Below are positions 1 to 11,023 of a stretch of DNA of 64,000 bases, one piece after another. This DNA comes from Trypanosoma brucei (Eukaryota), in assembly GCA_000002445.1 (NCBI GenBank), contig CH464491.1:2016001-2080000 (forward strand). Direction: 5' to 3'. The notes under the pieces were generated by a model. The model was given only the letters and a program-made list of their open reading frames with translations, was not told the origin of the DNA and made no database searches. Each line of letters opens with the position of its first letter. Positions within the stretch are counted from its first letter, which is position 1. Both the position numbers and the translations under genes were made by a program.

Positions 1-2
1 GT

Positions 3-3000
3 TTCAACAGACAAATACTTGGTGCTGGTCGTCATATTGCGTCAACTGAGGGCGAATGCAATGCTTTGGAGGAGTTTCTTTTGCATCTTCACATACACTT
101 TTCAGAAGGCATTGTTGGTAGTTGGGATACCTCTCTCATTCCCTTTGCCACAGAGTTTCTGACGGCTCTGTGCCAAACGGCGACTCACGCGAGAAGGGTT
201 GTGAAGGCGGCCACTGCTCTGCTCGCTTTGGACAAACCCTTGACGTCCGCGGCGATAGAGTGGGTGATTGGCCTCTTAGAGGCTGTGTTTTATTTAATGA
301 ACGAGAATGTTATTCTTTGTGGAGATGAATCTGCGAGTTTAGCTGAAGACATTACCGCCATTTTTAAGTCTTCACACGAGGCCGTGCGTCGCAAGGCACT
401 GTCTTTGTTTTCACGCACACCAATGTCTAGGACCCAGTTAGACGCCGTAATAAGCCAGTACATGGTGAGGGGAGTCCTCTCTTCGGTTGACGACTTGCTC
501 TCTGAGGAGGAGTTTCTTACTATTGTGGGGATCATTGAACGAAGCGCGGCCTCAGGTGACACCACTCGAGCTCGTGGGCTTCTGTATTTTCTCGTCACAC
601 TTCTTTCCCACGTCCCAAATGAAATTCGGTTGGGTATCCTGTCACTGCTCGAGGAGATAACGTGTGAAAGAGGCGCATTTGAGGGTGGGCTTCTTTCTCC
701 TCTTGACACCGGTGGGTTCCCTGTCTCTCTGTTGTATGGCCGCTTGCTGCACGTGCTGCATATGGTAGAGGGCAATTGCTCCTCCTTGGTTGAGTCATTT
801 GTGAGGTTGGTGATCCGTATGTGTGTGGGAATGGTTTCGGTCTCGTGTGAGAGAAATGACATGAATTGTGGCCATCTCCTAGGTGAAGTGGGTCTAGCCT
901 CTCTAACGTGTGTAGCGTCGATATTAAAACGTTCTGGACGTGAGGGATCGCTTGATGCTTGCATCAGCAGCGCGTTAATCCGGGCTTACCGGTATTCATC
1001 TGAAGTGTTACGTGCCTACAGCATGCATCTTGAGAAGGGAACTGCTACCGGAGCGTTTCTGATGAGCTATGTTTCGTTCCTAAAATCCACTGCAATTGTT
1101 GTGATTCTTCTAAGTTGGTGTGAAAGAGACTATCGGCTCTCTAGTGAGGTTAAAGTAGAAGATGAGAGTTGCGTTTGCCATGCGGCGGCGGAGGCTTACT
1201 TGGCTCAGTTTTCGAAACCTATTCATTTTGGAGACCACCACCTTAGTGCCCGCCTCTGCATGTCATTTTTTGAAGGTGGGCAAAGGTTATTTTTCCAGTT
1301 GCAGCAAGCTGGCACCACTGGGCTTCACGCCAAGGAAGTAAAGCAGATCTCTCAGGAGTTACTGACACTGCAATGGAGAGTGGCAGTGACCCTACTAAAT
1401 GACGCAGACACGAGCGGAGAAGATCTTATGAAAGAGCTTGCTCTTCTATATGTTGCAAGTAGCGGCAGCGCCAGTTACGGCTTTAAGTTTTCGACTTGGA
1501 AGGAGAGAGAGAGGTTGGTTGAACCACCATTGGGTTCCGACTGGAAGCATTTGCAATTCGCTCCCGGTGCTTTAATTACTGAGCTTCTGAAAGTGGATTA
1601 TGAGAGAGCGGTGAGGGAGAGCGCCCCATGGCTAATCGTTTCTAGAGGTGCATCAAGTCTTCTTAGTGAATCTCGGCTGGAGAATTCTAGTCGATACAAC
1701 ATGGCGGTGTCCATATGCCGTCTTGTGCGGTACAACAGCGGTATTTGGTCTAACGTGAAGGGGGGGTTTACTCCATTGTCCGTTGCGGAACTGGATTCGA
1801 ACATCAAAACGAATGCTATGAGTATCGGAGGTGCCGCCTTAAAACCTCTACCAGAGGGGGGTGATGGTATTAGCGTACATTGGGAAGTGGAGTTTTCGCG
1901 TAGTGGTGTGGCTTCGCTGGAAAGGTACATCAATGATATTCACTCGACTGCACTTTCTTCACTTAATCAATGTAGTGAGCGGTTTGCTCTTCTCCTTTTG
2001 TCGGTAAGTGCTGAACAGGCATTGCAGCATCGGGAAAAAAGTGGACTGGCTGTAGAGCAGTACTGCCGCTCCGTTTTGCGGCAAGTAGCTTCGCATCGAA
2101 AATGTATCGAGGGGGAAAGCAAGGCAGTACTCGCTGCATATGCAGCCTATCGTTTTTCGTTAACACCATGGTGGGGTCAAAGTGTAAATCTCTATGTTGC
2201 ATCCCCTGTGCCCATGAACCAGTGGGAGCTCGACCGTTTTACGGGACCTGAGTGGCAGCGCATTCGCTTTCGTCGCTTTGCACATGCCATGAGGGTTAAG
2301 CATGTGAAGTCCAAAGGCGATATGCTCCCATACGTTTATCGAGGTGACATTTCTTACCCCGATGACACACAACTGTTGGAAATTTACTCTGTTACGGCCG
2401 TTCCACAGTTGATCGGAGTCCACTGCGATGGACCTCAGCCTTTTGTGGCAAAGTGTGTCTTGGTTTTGCCCATGGACCGGGTTCCCATTACGCTGTACGT
2501 GTCGCCACATACCATTTCTTACGTTCACGACGAATCAGAACCGTCCCCAGATGCCACAGAAAGGGGGGTTACAGCGACACAGGCAACGAAGGGCAACGGA
2601 GGCAGTTGTTTTTCAGGTCTTCCGTGTATCTCTGCGTCGGCCGACCAGGAGTCTGACACGGTGGCTTGCAATGGAGATGTGCGTCGCTACCAGAGGGTGT
2701 TTGCTGTATCTTCTTTACGGGCAGTTTGGCCACGCCGTAATTTGCTTCAGCCATCTGCGCTTGAACTCCTTTTTTCGACTGGTGAAAGTATATTTTTGGT
2801 TTTTCATTCTCAGGACACGATGAAACTTGTCTCTGATATCGTCACTACCGTTGCATGTCCTTATCTTGATAGGGCTCTGGTGTTAACGGAGGCAAACTTG
2901 AAGATGTGGTGTAATTGGTGGCGCGAAGGACGCATCACCAACTTCCACTATTTGATGTACCTCAACTTTGCCGCGGGTCGGAGCTACGGGGATATGCGAC

Positions 3001-4934
3001 AGTATCCGGTATTCCCGCATGTTGTGGCTGACTTTTCGTCACTCACGTTGGATTTGACGTCACCATCCACGTACCGCTGCCTCAAGAGGCCGATAGGTGC
3101 TCAAACCCCGGAGGGCATCCAAAGGGCAGCTAAAACTTATGCGGAGACCTCCACGGATGTGGGCATGGCTGTGGAGGCATCGTGTTGCGGGTCGCCTTAT
3201 CACTACGGTTCCCACTACTCACCCTTAGGAGGCGCTCTTCATTACCTTGTTCGTGTGCAACCGTTTTCAGACTTTTTCATGAAGATGAATTCCAAGCTGG
3301 ACGATGCGGGTCGTGTGTTTGATTCTGTTGGTGCAGCATACGCGATAGCAACCTGTGGTAAAGATGTAAAAGAACTATTACCAGAGTTTTACTGTTTGCC
3401 CGAGTTGTTTGTTAATGCTAACCGTATACCATTCGGAACGAAGCAGGACGGGGAAGTCGTTAATGATGTGCAATTACCCCCTTGGGCGTCTACCCCTCGC
3501 AAGTTATCACAGACACTCAGAAGAGCACTGGAGGGTTGTTACGTCTCAGAAAATCTGCACTCGTGGATAGACTTAATATTTGGTTTCAGGCAGCGAGGAA
3601 AAGAGGCTGTCGCAGCACTGAACACGTTTCATCCTCTCACCTACGAGGGTTCTGTGAACCTCCCAAATATCAGTGATGACGTTCTCCGTTCCAGTCACGA
3701 AACACAGATTGACTGCTTTGGGCAAACTCCACTGCAGCTGTTCTCCCAGCCACACAAATCACGGCGGAAGATAGCAGATATCACGTTCCGTCAAAGCCCA
3801 TGTCCTACCCTCCGCTGCGATGCATCAAATTTGGCCCTTTGTGTTCTGCTGAACCCGGGACGACTCATCCCTGCCGGCGTTTGCAAACGTAGCTGCGGGA
3901 CCACTGTTGTGTTTCCCCGAACGAAGCTGAACGGCATCGGAAGCAGTATTGATGAGGGCACCGAACGCAAGGCTCAAGATGGCCAAGTGCGGCCCTTGGT
4001 GCTACCGAAAGGTGTTTTTCCGTTCACAGTGGTTCACGAACAGGTTAGGGATTGTCTTCGTTACAAAGGCAGTTGTATTGTTTTGGTCGATGGCAAGGAT
4101 GCGTCACACCAGACACGTTCATTTCATGTCGGATATGGGGAAATAACAGCTCTAACGGTCGACTCACCAAATGTTTACGTGGGGATGGAGTCTGGAGCCA
4201 TTCACATGCTAACGATGACGTATGACACTTTTCTGGAAGTTGAGTTGACCTTTCGTGATGGGAAGGGAGTGCGGCTAGGTGGGGAGGAGGTATTCCAAAG
4301 GTTTCTACAGGGTAAACTCAATTTCACTGAAAGCCGCCAGACAGCTTGTCGAACTTTGTGTGTGCTTTACGGTCACACCGCACGCGTGACTGCCCTATGC
4401 TTGTCCAGCGAGTGGGGCATTTTGGTCTCATCCTCCGAGGATTGCAACGTCGCACTGTGGGATACGGAGCGCCGTGTGCTAATTCGTACTATCCCCAATC
4501 ATCTCATGTCACCAGCGTACTCCAAATTTCCGATGAAAAGTGTCATGAACCACCGACTACAGGGTAGCAGTGGGTCGTGGTATTTTGATCTCATCACTGT
4601 GAACGCGAAGCATGGGGACATTATTTTAGCGGGTGGTTCGCTCGCTGGTTTGCACGAAGTCCGACGGTACTCCATCAATGGTGAGTTTTTGGGTTTCTAC
4701 TCGCTGGGGGAAACTCCGGCAACTGCCATTCTTTCAGTCGGTGATATTGTGTTTGTTGGTAGAGGGAGTGTAGTTCACATGTTGAAGGGGAATAGTTTAG
4801 AGTGGTCATGTGATCTTATCCATCCTGGGATCGAAGACTGCATCGAGTCGTTGGCTTTGAGTCCTAATGGTCAATCTCTCGTTGCTTGTGATCGGAGGGA
4901 AAATCTTGTTACATGGAAGGTAGCACCGCAGTAA
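3..4934 (+). CDS. BEACH-domain protein (neurobeachin/LvsA-like) with C-terminal WD40-like region; 5' partial
   Basis: The reading frame is open from position 3 with no stop before 4934. The track's start at 66 is a TTG codon, so the true ATG lies upstream of the window. The BEACH hallmark 'WIDLIFGFRQRGKEAVAALNTFHPLTYEG' is present, preceded by a PH-like segment. WD-repeat-like sequence follows (HTARVTALCLSSEWGILVSSSEDCNVALWD). Confidence 0.85.
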   Translation, partial: FNRQILGAGRHIASTEGECNALEEFLLHLHIHFSEGIVGSWDTSLIPFATEFLTALCQTATHARRVVKAATALLALDKPLTSAAIEWVIGLLEAVFYLMNENVILCGDESASLAEDITAIFKSSHEAVRRKALSLFSRTPMSRTQLDAVISQYMVRGVLSSVDDLLSEEEFLTIVGIIERSAASGDTTRARGLLYFLVTLLSHVPNEIRLGILSLLEEITCERGAFEGGLLSPLDTGGFPVSLLYGRLLHVLHMVEGNCSSLVESFVRLVIRMCVGMVSVSCERNDMNCGHLLGEVGLASLTCVASILKRSGREGSLDACISSALIRAYRYSSEVLRAYSMHLEKGTATGAFLMSYVSFLKSTAIVVILLSWCERDYRLSSEVKVEDESCVCHAAAEAYLAQFSKPIHFGDHHLSARLCMSFFEGGQRLFFQLQQAGTTGLHAKEVKQISQELLTLQWRVAVTLLNDADTSGEDLMKELALLYVASSGSASYGFKFSTWKERERLVEPPLGSDWKHLQFAPGALITELLKVDYERAVRESAPWLIVSRGASSLLSESRLENSSRYNMAVSICRLVRYNSGIWSNVKGGFTPLSVAELDSNIKTNAMSIGGAALKPLPEGGDGISVHWEVEFSRSGVASLERYINDIHSTALSSLNQCSERFALLLLSVSAEQALQHREKSGLAVEQYCRSVLRQVASHRKCIEGESKAVLAAYAAYRFSLTPWWGQSVNLYVASPVPMNQWELDRFTGPEWQRIRFRRFAHAMRVKHVKSKGDMLPYVYRGDISYPDDTQLLEIYSVTAVPQLIGVHCDGPQPFVAKCVLVLPMDRVPITLYVSPHTISYVHDESEPSPDATERGVTATQATKGNGGSCFSGLPCISASADQESDTVACNGDVRRYQRVFAVSSLRAVWPRRNLLQPSALELLFSTGESIFLVFHSQDTMKLVSDIVTTVACPYLDRALVLTEANLKMWCNWWREGRITNFHYLMYLNFAAGRSYGDMRQYPVFPHVVADFSSLTLDLTSPSTYRCLKRPIGAQTPEGIQRAAKTYAETSTDVGMAVEASCCGSPYHYGSHYSPLGGALHYLVRVQPFSDFFMKMNSKLDDAGRVFDSVGAAYAIATCGKDVKELLPEFYCLPELFVNANRIPFGTKQDGEVVNDVQLPPWASTPRKLSQTLRRALEGCYVSENLHSWIDLIFGFRQRGKEAVAALNTFHPLTYEGSVNLPNISDDVLRSSHETQIDCFGQTPLQLFSQPHKSRRKIADITFRQSPCPTLRCDASNLALCVLLNPGRLIPAGVCKRSCGTTVVFPRTKLNGIGSSIDEGTERKAQDGQVRPLVLPKGVFPFTVVHEQVRDCLRYKGSCIVLVDGKDASHQTRSFHVGYGEITALTVDSPNVYVGMESGAIHMLTMTYDTFLEVELTFRDGKGVRLGGEEVFQRFLQGKLNFTESRQTACRTLCVLYGHTARVTALCLSSEWGILVSSSEDCNVALWDTERRVLIRTIPNHLMSPAYSKFPMKSVMNHRLQGSSGSWYFDLITVNAKHGDIILAGGSLAGLHEVRRYSINGEFLGFYSLGETPATAILSVGDIVFVGRGSVVHMLKGNSLEWSCDLIHPGIEDCIESLALSPNGQSLVACDRRENLVTWKVAPQ

Positions 4935-5545
4935 CCCATTGAGCTGGCCGCGTGGCGTATTCAGGGACGTTTTTTTTTGTGTGTGCGTGTGCAGGGCAGG
5001 TGCGCGTGCATGTTTCTGGTGTCGAGACAAGGCGGTTCTGTATGTGGATGCAATATTCCTCAATCGCCATTACTCCCTAACCAAGTTAAGTTTGCTTTTC
5101 CCTGCTATACATACACCAACCTCCGCCCTTCTTTGTTTGTGGCGCTACTTTGTTGTTGCGTCGAGTAGTTAATTTTCTTTGCTTCGGTGAATGATGCTAG
5201 GTAACTGGTTGTGCGGGCGAGTTGTGTTGTTTCTTGAACTTTTCATCATCGGCCGATCCTTGTCCTTTTGTGAAAGTGTGAGTATTCGCTTTGTTGTTGC
5301 GGAAGCGTCTGCGCGGAGAAACGATTAGTCGAGTCCTACGATCTAAATGTTATCAATGCCGATGACCAGCGAATATTTACTGTGTGTTGTCAGTGTGAAG
5401 TGTACCATCATTTCTCCCCTTATTTTTTGTCGTTTCTTTGTTTAGGGCCCTGCCTGTCGTCTGCTTGTGCCACTGTGCGTGTGCGCGAATCTGTTATGCC
5501 AAATCGTTCATTGTCAGCTTTTCTCCTGTTATCTAATGTAGCGCC

Positions 5546-6349
5546 ATGCCCGTGCTCCCGCCGTGGCGGCAGCGGACCTCCATTTTTCACCGTTCGGAGG
5601 GTCGTGTACAAAGTGTTGACGCGACGAGGATTTCTCTGGTGGCGGCTGCAGGACTTGTCGCTTCACAATCAGCTACGTTTACCGTCCTCTATTTGTTTCT
5701 TCCCGAGGGACTGGCAGGTTTGACGCATTTGATGGTTGCGGCGGTGCTGTTCAACGCATTTATGTTGTGGAATTGGGGGTCTGATCCGGGGTTTGTGACT
5801 TCTTCGGAGGAGCCTTCAACGGCAAGGGAGAGGGCGATCCGTAGATGGTGTTCTGTGTGTCGTCTGTTGCAGCCCCTGCGGACCAAACACTGTGACAAGT
5901 GCGGCAGATGTGTCCGGAAGTACGATCACCATTGTTACTGCATTGGTGGTTGTGTTGGCGAGTTCAATCATGTGCGTTTCGTTCTTACTTTGGCGTCTGC
6001 AGTCCCTTATTTTGTCCTTCTACCACCGGCACTACTTAAATGTTTTAGTCTCGGGGATATCATAGACCTCGACCGCGTCATCAGTAGGAATATCGTTCCC
6101 TTTATTTTTGTTGCATACACCACCATTCAATTGGTACTTGTGCTCTCTTTGCTTGGGTTGCACTGCACTCTGTTGCTCAACAACAAGACAACGTGGGAGC
6201 TCTCTTCCAGAGGCCGCATCACATATCTGGATTCAAGGGCAGCGAACCCCTTTAACAAGGGGATTGTGCAGAATGTTTACTTTCTTTTTCGGCGGAAGCC
6301 CATAAACTGGTATTCAGTATTGGAAGAGGATGAATGTGCCCTCGTCTAA
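5546..6349 (+). CDS. DHHC-type zinc-finger palmitoyl acyltransferase
   Basis: ATG verified at 5546. Cys-rich domain 'CSVCRLLQPLRTKHCDKCGRCVRKYDHHCYCIGGCVGEFNH' carries the DHHC motif, flanked by predicted transmembrane segments. A polypyrimidine tract lies upstream at about 5395–5440. Confidence 0.85.
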   Translation: MPVLPPWRQRTSIFHRSEGRVQSVDATRISLVAAAGLVASQSATFTVLYLFLPEGLAGLTHLMVAAVLFNAFMLWNWGSDPGFVTSSEEPSTARERAIRRWCSVCRLLQPLRTKHCDKCGRCVRKYDHHCYCIGGCVGEFNHVRFVLTLASAVPYFVLLPPALLKCFSLGDIIDLDRVISRNIVPFIFVAYTTIQLVLVLSLLGLHCTLLLNNKTTWELSSRGRITYLDSRAANPFNKGIVQNVYFLFRRKPINWYSVLEEDECALV

Positions 6350-7521
6350 ATAATATTTTTGCCTTGCAATTTACTTACGCCCAGCGAGACCTGGACATGC
6401 CACTCTGTCGTGCTCGCCATGGAATTCGTGCTAGTGGCTTGTAGACTCGCTGCTCTATGTTACTCAAAACATATTGATGCTTGCGGATGCCTTTTTCGTG
6501 TGAGGGGGCGGCCCGTGTTGAAACACAACTGTCGTTTCCATACGTCGTTGAGAAAGTTTAATACTCTCTTGCTGGTTCATATTTGGTGTCTCAAATGCGC
6601 GCCTTTATGTTATACCCCTCTCAGCGTTTTTGTTTTCGCGAAGGTTTATCCTGATTATCATTTAGTTTACGCGTTTGTCACCCCTAGATATCTCATGGAC
6701 TGAAAGGGATAGAAATGAAGAGCGAGAAAAGGGGTTTCTCGTTTCCGAATTTTCGTCACATCAAGTTGAAGGTCGCCTGTGCCGCACTCTTCCCGGTTAA
6801 AAAATCTATGTTGTGCCAAGCCATTCACTGGCAGCTGAGGTGCTTCCCAGTAACGCGTGAGCCTCGTTGGTTTTCTTGGCTCAGCACCCTTTCGCGTAAG
6901 AGGTCTTGCAACCCAAATTGTCACCTTCAACTCCGAATACAGGAACATACCAGCGTGTGGTGCAAACCCACCATCTCAAGAGAAGGAAGGTGACTTCCCG
7001 AGTAATCTGGAGAGCAGACACCCTGAGAGAGATTATGCCACTTGACAGCTGCATCAGAATAGCCACATGGCGCCAGCACACTCATGGGAGATTTGTGGTT
7101 ATAATTGATATGCAAGACTGCCATCCCGGAGGAAACCGTTCGACCAGTGTCTGCATCTGCCGCAACCCACCATGTCCCGCAAACCGTTCACTGTATGCCA
7201 CACTCCTCCACACAGCGTGGCGTTCTAACGCATGATACAGGGTTGATTTCGGACGGACAAGCGCACAAAAAAGAGATACGTTGAACGATGAAGATGGACC
7301 GCAGCTCCAGTGATGTACTGTCAGTGTCAGTGTCAGTTCTGTTGGCTGACGGTAACGGGTCAGTACAGCACTGTAATGTTGGCTTCCCTCCATCTGATCT
7401 TGTGGGTCCTCATCAGGTATTTTCTTCGTTATTATTGTGTTTGTTTGTGTTTTGAAGCAGCTGTAGCAAAGGTTTTTTGCACTTTGACGTATTGTTGTTC
7501 GGCGTGTTGTGTTGCTCGCTG

Positions 7522-7560
7522 CTTTTTTTCTTTAACATTCCAGTTTTTCTTATTCTTTAG
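7522..7560 (+). promoter_or_regulatory. Polypyrimidine tract with AG, a candidate trans-splice acceptor for the coiled-coil gene
   Basis: The tract 'gctttttttctttaacattccagtttttcttattctttag' ends 9 nt before the ATG at 7569. Confidence 0.5.
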
Positions 7561-7568
7561 TTGAAGGT

Positions 7569-9092
7569 ATGCAAGCCGATGCAAAGGGGAAGAAAAAAAA
7601 GGGTTCCAAGAAGAGAAGGACACTTGATCCTGTTGTTGCTGAGCGAATGCGCGTTGAGGAGGAAGAACGGCGTAGACGTCAAGAGGTAGCACTTGTTGAA
7701 CGCCTGAGGGAGATGAAGAACGAAGAAGAAACTATGACAAAGAACGCGACTGCTGTTGTCGAGGCCCGATGGATTTCTTTCCTGCGTGAGTGCAAGCGCA
7801 AGGAACTTGTAGCGGAAATTGAAATTGTGCGTAGGGCATTCGGATCCTCTGTTGACCGTAAGAATGCAGTAATCGATATGCTGTTTGATGAGCTTGTGGA
7901 TGCTGAGGAGCAGCATCGCCTTGTTTTTCAGTCCCACATGCGAACTGTCGATTCTCTTATTCAAATGCAGAGCACACGTATGGAAGACCTCGAGGGCGAG
8001 TTTGAGAAGGACCTCCAGGAGATGAAGGCTGACTATGACAGAGAACTATTGGAACTTGCGCGCAAGCATGAGTATGAAGTGGCCGACCTGACATTCATTC
8101 TTGAGAATATGGCTGAGGAGGCGGAACAACTAGAAAAGAAGCTGCAAGAAAATACTTCGGAGGCACACGACACTGCTCTAGAAAAGATGGAGGAGGACCG
8201 AAAACAGATGGAAGCGGAACTGATTCGAGCAAGTGAAGCTATCCGCTCAGAGTTAGACACAAGGTACAAAGAATTTATGGCTACGGCGCAGGTGAGCATG
8301 AAGGATTACATGGACAAGTCGAAGAAAGATGCAGAAACGACGCAGCGCATCGCCTCACAGACGCAGCGTATTGAGAAGTTGCAGGAGAGCGTTAATTCGT
8401 GGAGGACGAACATAGCGCGCAATGCGAAGGGATGGGAACAGAAGAACTCCGTCATTCAACAGGAGCGTGACGCCACGATCGGTCATTTGAAGGCTTTGAA
8501 GAGCAAGATGCATGGTTGGAGGAGCAAGGAGGCCTCTCGTCTTGCAGAAGTGATCAAGAGTGCGAAGGACGTTGAAGACAAACTGCGTGGTGTGGTAAAG
8601 GATGCAGAAAAAATCCTCCGGCTAGTGGAACTTGCAAAGCCGCTGGAAACTGACAGGGAGCAAATACTCTCTTGCAACTCGAACATTACAACAAGCGAAA
8701 TTGAGAAAGAAGTTAAACACTTGATAGCAAATACCGATGCAGGAAGGCCAAGTGAAGAATCCTCTGTCCCCGATGGTGCGGCGTTCTCGGAGGACTGGCG
8801 CCTCCTGGAGCGCTTTTGGACGAAGTACAACAAGGTGGTGCTCGACAACGTGGCTCTGTCACAAGAGAGGCGTCACCTCGAGGAAGAAAATCTGAAGCTG
8901 CAGGTGTTGCTAAAGCAGTACCTAGATGAAATCAGCCTCAACGATGCCGTGATACGAGGTCCCAACCCATTGATCCAGGCGTCAAAACTACTGACTGTAG
9001 TTGAAGCTGCTGGGCGCGGGGCTACTGGCGGAAGACGTGAGTACACGACAGCGATAGAGGGCAACAAGTTCGTCTCCGACATGACGAGGTAG
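7569..9092 (+). CDS. Coiled-coil protein, possibly an axonemal nexin–dynein regulatory complex subunit (DRC1/DRC2/CCDC65-like)
   Basis: ATG at 7569. Lys-rich N-terminus followed by long heptad-rich E/K/R/L sequence. The C-terminal segment 'RFWTKYNKVVLDNVALSQERRHLEEENLKLQVLLKQYLDEISLND' resembles the conserved C-terminus of CCDC65/DRC-family proteins, recalled from memory and not verified. Length 507 aa. Confidence 0.55.
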   Translation: MQADAKGKKKKGSKKRRTLDPVVAERMRVEEEERRRRQEVALVERLREMKNEEETMTKNATAVVEARWISFLRECKRKELVAEIEIVRRAFGSSVDRKNAVIDMLFDELVDAEEQHRLVFQSHMRTVDSLIQMQSTRMEDLEGEFEKDLQEMKADYDRELLELARKHEYEVADLTFILENMAEEAEQLEKKLQENTSEAHDTALEKMEEDRKQMEAELIRASEAIRSELDTRYKEFMATAQVSMKDYMDKSKKDAETTQRIASQTQRIEKLQESVNSWRTNIARNAKGWEQKNSVIQQERDATIGHLKALKSKMHGWRSKEASRLAEVIKSAKDVEDKLRGVVKDAEKILRLVELAKPLETDREQILSCNSNITTSEIEKEVKHLIANTDAGRPSEESSVPDGAAFSEDWRLLERFWTKYNKVVLDNVALSQERRHLEEENLKLQVLLKQYLDEISLNDAVIRGPNPLIQASKLLTVVEAAGRGATGGRREYTTAIEGNKFVSDMTR

Positions 9093-9532
9093 GCAATTCC
9101 TGTTGGGGTATGAGCACACTTTTCATCGTTTCCTCCTTTAAGCAATATGGGGAAATGGCAATGTAGAGTTTACGACTAGAGCAACAGTGGTAAAGACCAA
9201 ATCCGAACAAGCGGTGTAACGGAATGGGTCCTTGCGGGTTTGCGGCAGGGGCTGGCATGACTGAATACCCGGCAACCTCATAATCTTCTTGGGGGCTAAC
9301 ACTTGGTTAGGTGTTGTTTGGCCACTCAGTTTTTTATCGTTTTTTTTCTTTTTCTGTCCCAAACTTTTTTGATATTCATGTAACGCGCGCACGAGTTGTA
9401 TACTGTGTGTTTGACGAAATAGACTGATAACAATAACCATAGGGTATACTATCTGTGCGGAAGGTTGAAAGGAAGGGTGTTACTTCTGTAAAAGGAAGTA
9501 AAAAGGGCAAGGCTCGAGAAGGGTTTCAAGCA

Positions 9533-11023
9533 ATGCGCCGTTTCTACTGCATTCCGTGGAACTGCTTGGTGCTGTCGAAGCCGCCACTTTCACGGCGCTT
9601 ATCAAGTTCAACTGAGACCCCAGAAGCTATTAGGGACGCTATCGCGGCTGATGAGAGGGATCAACGGCGACGTGAGGAGGCTGTCGATGGGCGTTCGGTT
9701 GTGTTTGCATGCGGCAGCAGTGCTGACCACCGACCACGCATAGCCGCTGCCGAAGCCTTTGACGTTGCGGCAGCCGCTCTGTCCAGCACTCCGAATTTCT
9801 GCTTTATGAACGTTTCGATGGATTACGCAGGGATGATAGATGCACCTGAGGTTGTATGGTACAACCTCTGCAAGGTCAACGATGTCACACCGTCGACTGT
9901 ACGGCCACAACAACTGCACATGATTGGAGGTGCTACACGGCTGCAGCGGCCTGGTGGGGGGTTCGTGCAGGTGATGTTGGGTTGCATACCTGACCTGCAG
10001 AGCGACACCTTCACATTTGATACAATACCCGAAGAGGATGACCTGGCAGAAGCTCACCGTCCGTCACCTGCAATTTGTTTTGCGCTCATGGATAATAAGT
10101 TAACGTTGCAGTATGAGCGGCAGCTCGTAGCACATTTGCAGGTTCTAAGCGAACGATTGGGCGGATGCCCTCTCACTGGAGGTATTTATCCAGCCGTTCA
10201 GAAATCTGCAGGTACCACTGGAGATAGTGGTGACGAGACTAAGGAGGAAAAAGGATCAGATAACGATCTTGGAGATTCACTGTTTTTCTTAAATGATCGT
10301 GTGTATACAGGAAGTGCCGCTGGTACTGTTCTCCGCAGTGAGATGGTCAAGGCACATAATCTAAGTGTGGTCCCTTCTATTGCCATTAGGAAAGTAGCCG
10401 TAACGTCCATCAGTAGCGAAGTTGAAGGCGTGTTTGTCGTCAAAACTTTGGAGGGTCGAAGGGCTACAGATGTTATTCATGACGTGTACTGCTCACCGGA
10501 GATGAAGGGGAAACCGTCGAGAGTGTTTCTTGGTCTGCAACATAATGACTTCTGTATCCCTGTTTCCTTTATCGGCAACCCGGGAACCGGCGAGCTTCGT
10601 TTCAGTGCGCCTAAGGGTATCAGTGTGGCTGAGAACGGCACTGTTCAGCTACTGGTGGACGACGTGGAATTGGATAGTGAGGTGGGAGCAGGTGCTCTTA
10701 TAGGACTTCACAAGCGTGTGGCCATGACGTACGCGACGAAGGATGTTAACGTTGCACGAGAGGCTCGCAGAAATGTTGTGGCATCATCTGCAGCTGCGTT
10801 CCATTACTCACATCCCGGCATGAACGTTTTGGCGCGACCGGAAGTGAACATTACTTTAGGGAATTCATCTGTGATGTATGCCCCCTCCCTTCTTCAGCGA
10901 TGCCTGGGAGGGTATTGTTCAACGACTGGTGTTTTTTGCCCTGGTCAGGTAATTACATTGGGTAATGCTACCGGTGTTTTTGCCAGATCCAGCAGCTACA
11001 CTGTCCTGGAGGGGCTCAAATAA
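9533..11023 (+). CDS. Hypothetical protein (496 aa); N-terminus resembles a mitochondrial presequence
   Basis: The track ORF starts at a GTG (9455). The first in-frame ATG is at 9533 (MRRFYCIPW...SRRLSSS). Long uninterrupted ORF with coding-like composition; no recognisable motif by eye. Confidence 0.55.
   Translation: MRRFYCIPWNCLVLSKPPLSRRLSSSTETPEAIRDAIAADERDQRRREEAVDGRSVVFACGSSADHRPRIAAAEAFDVAAAALSSTPNFCFMNVSMDYAGMIDAPEVVWYNLCKVNDVTPSTVRPQQLHMIGGATRLQRPGGGFVQVMLGCIPDLQSDTFTFDTIPEEDDLAEAHRPSPAICFALMDNKLTLQYERQLVAHLQVLSERLGGCPLTGGIYPAVQKSAGTTGDSGDETKEEKGSDNDLGDSLFFLNDRVYTGSAAGTVLRSEMVKAHNLSVVPSIAIRKVAVTSISSEVEGVFVVKTLEGRRATDVIHDVYCSPEMKGKPSRVFLGLQHNDFCIPVSFIGNPGTGELRFSAPKGISVAENGTVQLLVDDVELDSEVGAGALIGLHKRVAMTYATKDVNVAREARRNVVASSAAAFHYSHPGMNVLARPEVNITLGNSSVMYAPSLLQRCLGGYCSTTGVFCPGQVITLGNATGVFARSSSYTVLEGLK

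Noticed and set aside
290-964. A 224-aa minus-strand ORF, and many other minus-strand ORFs of 60–214 aa (e.g. 23981–24625, 15362–15871, 49296–49787, 60549–60983, 51693–52133).
   Set aside because: All are embedded antisense within long, motif-bearing + strand genes, or straddle their ends. None has a recognisable motif, and several are low-complexity. A unidirectional kinetoplastid gene array makes antisense genes very unlikely.
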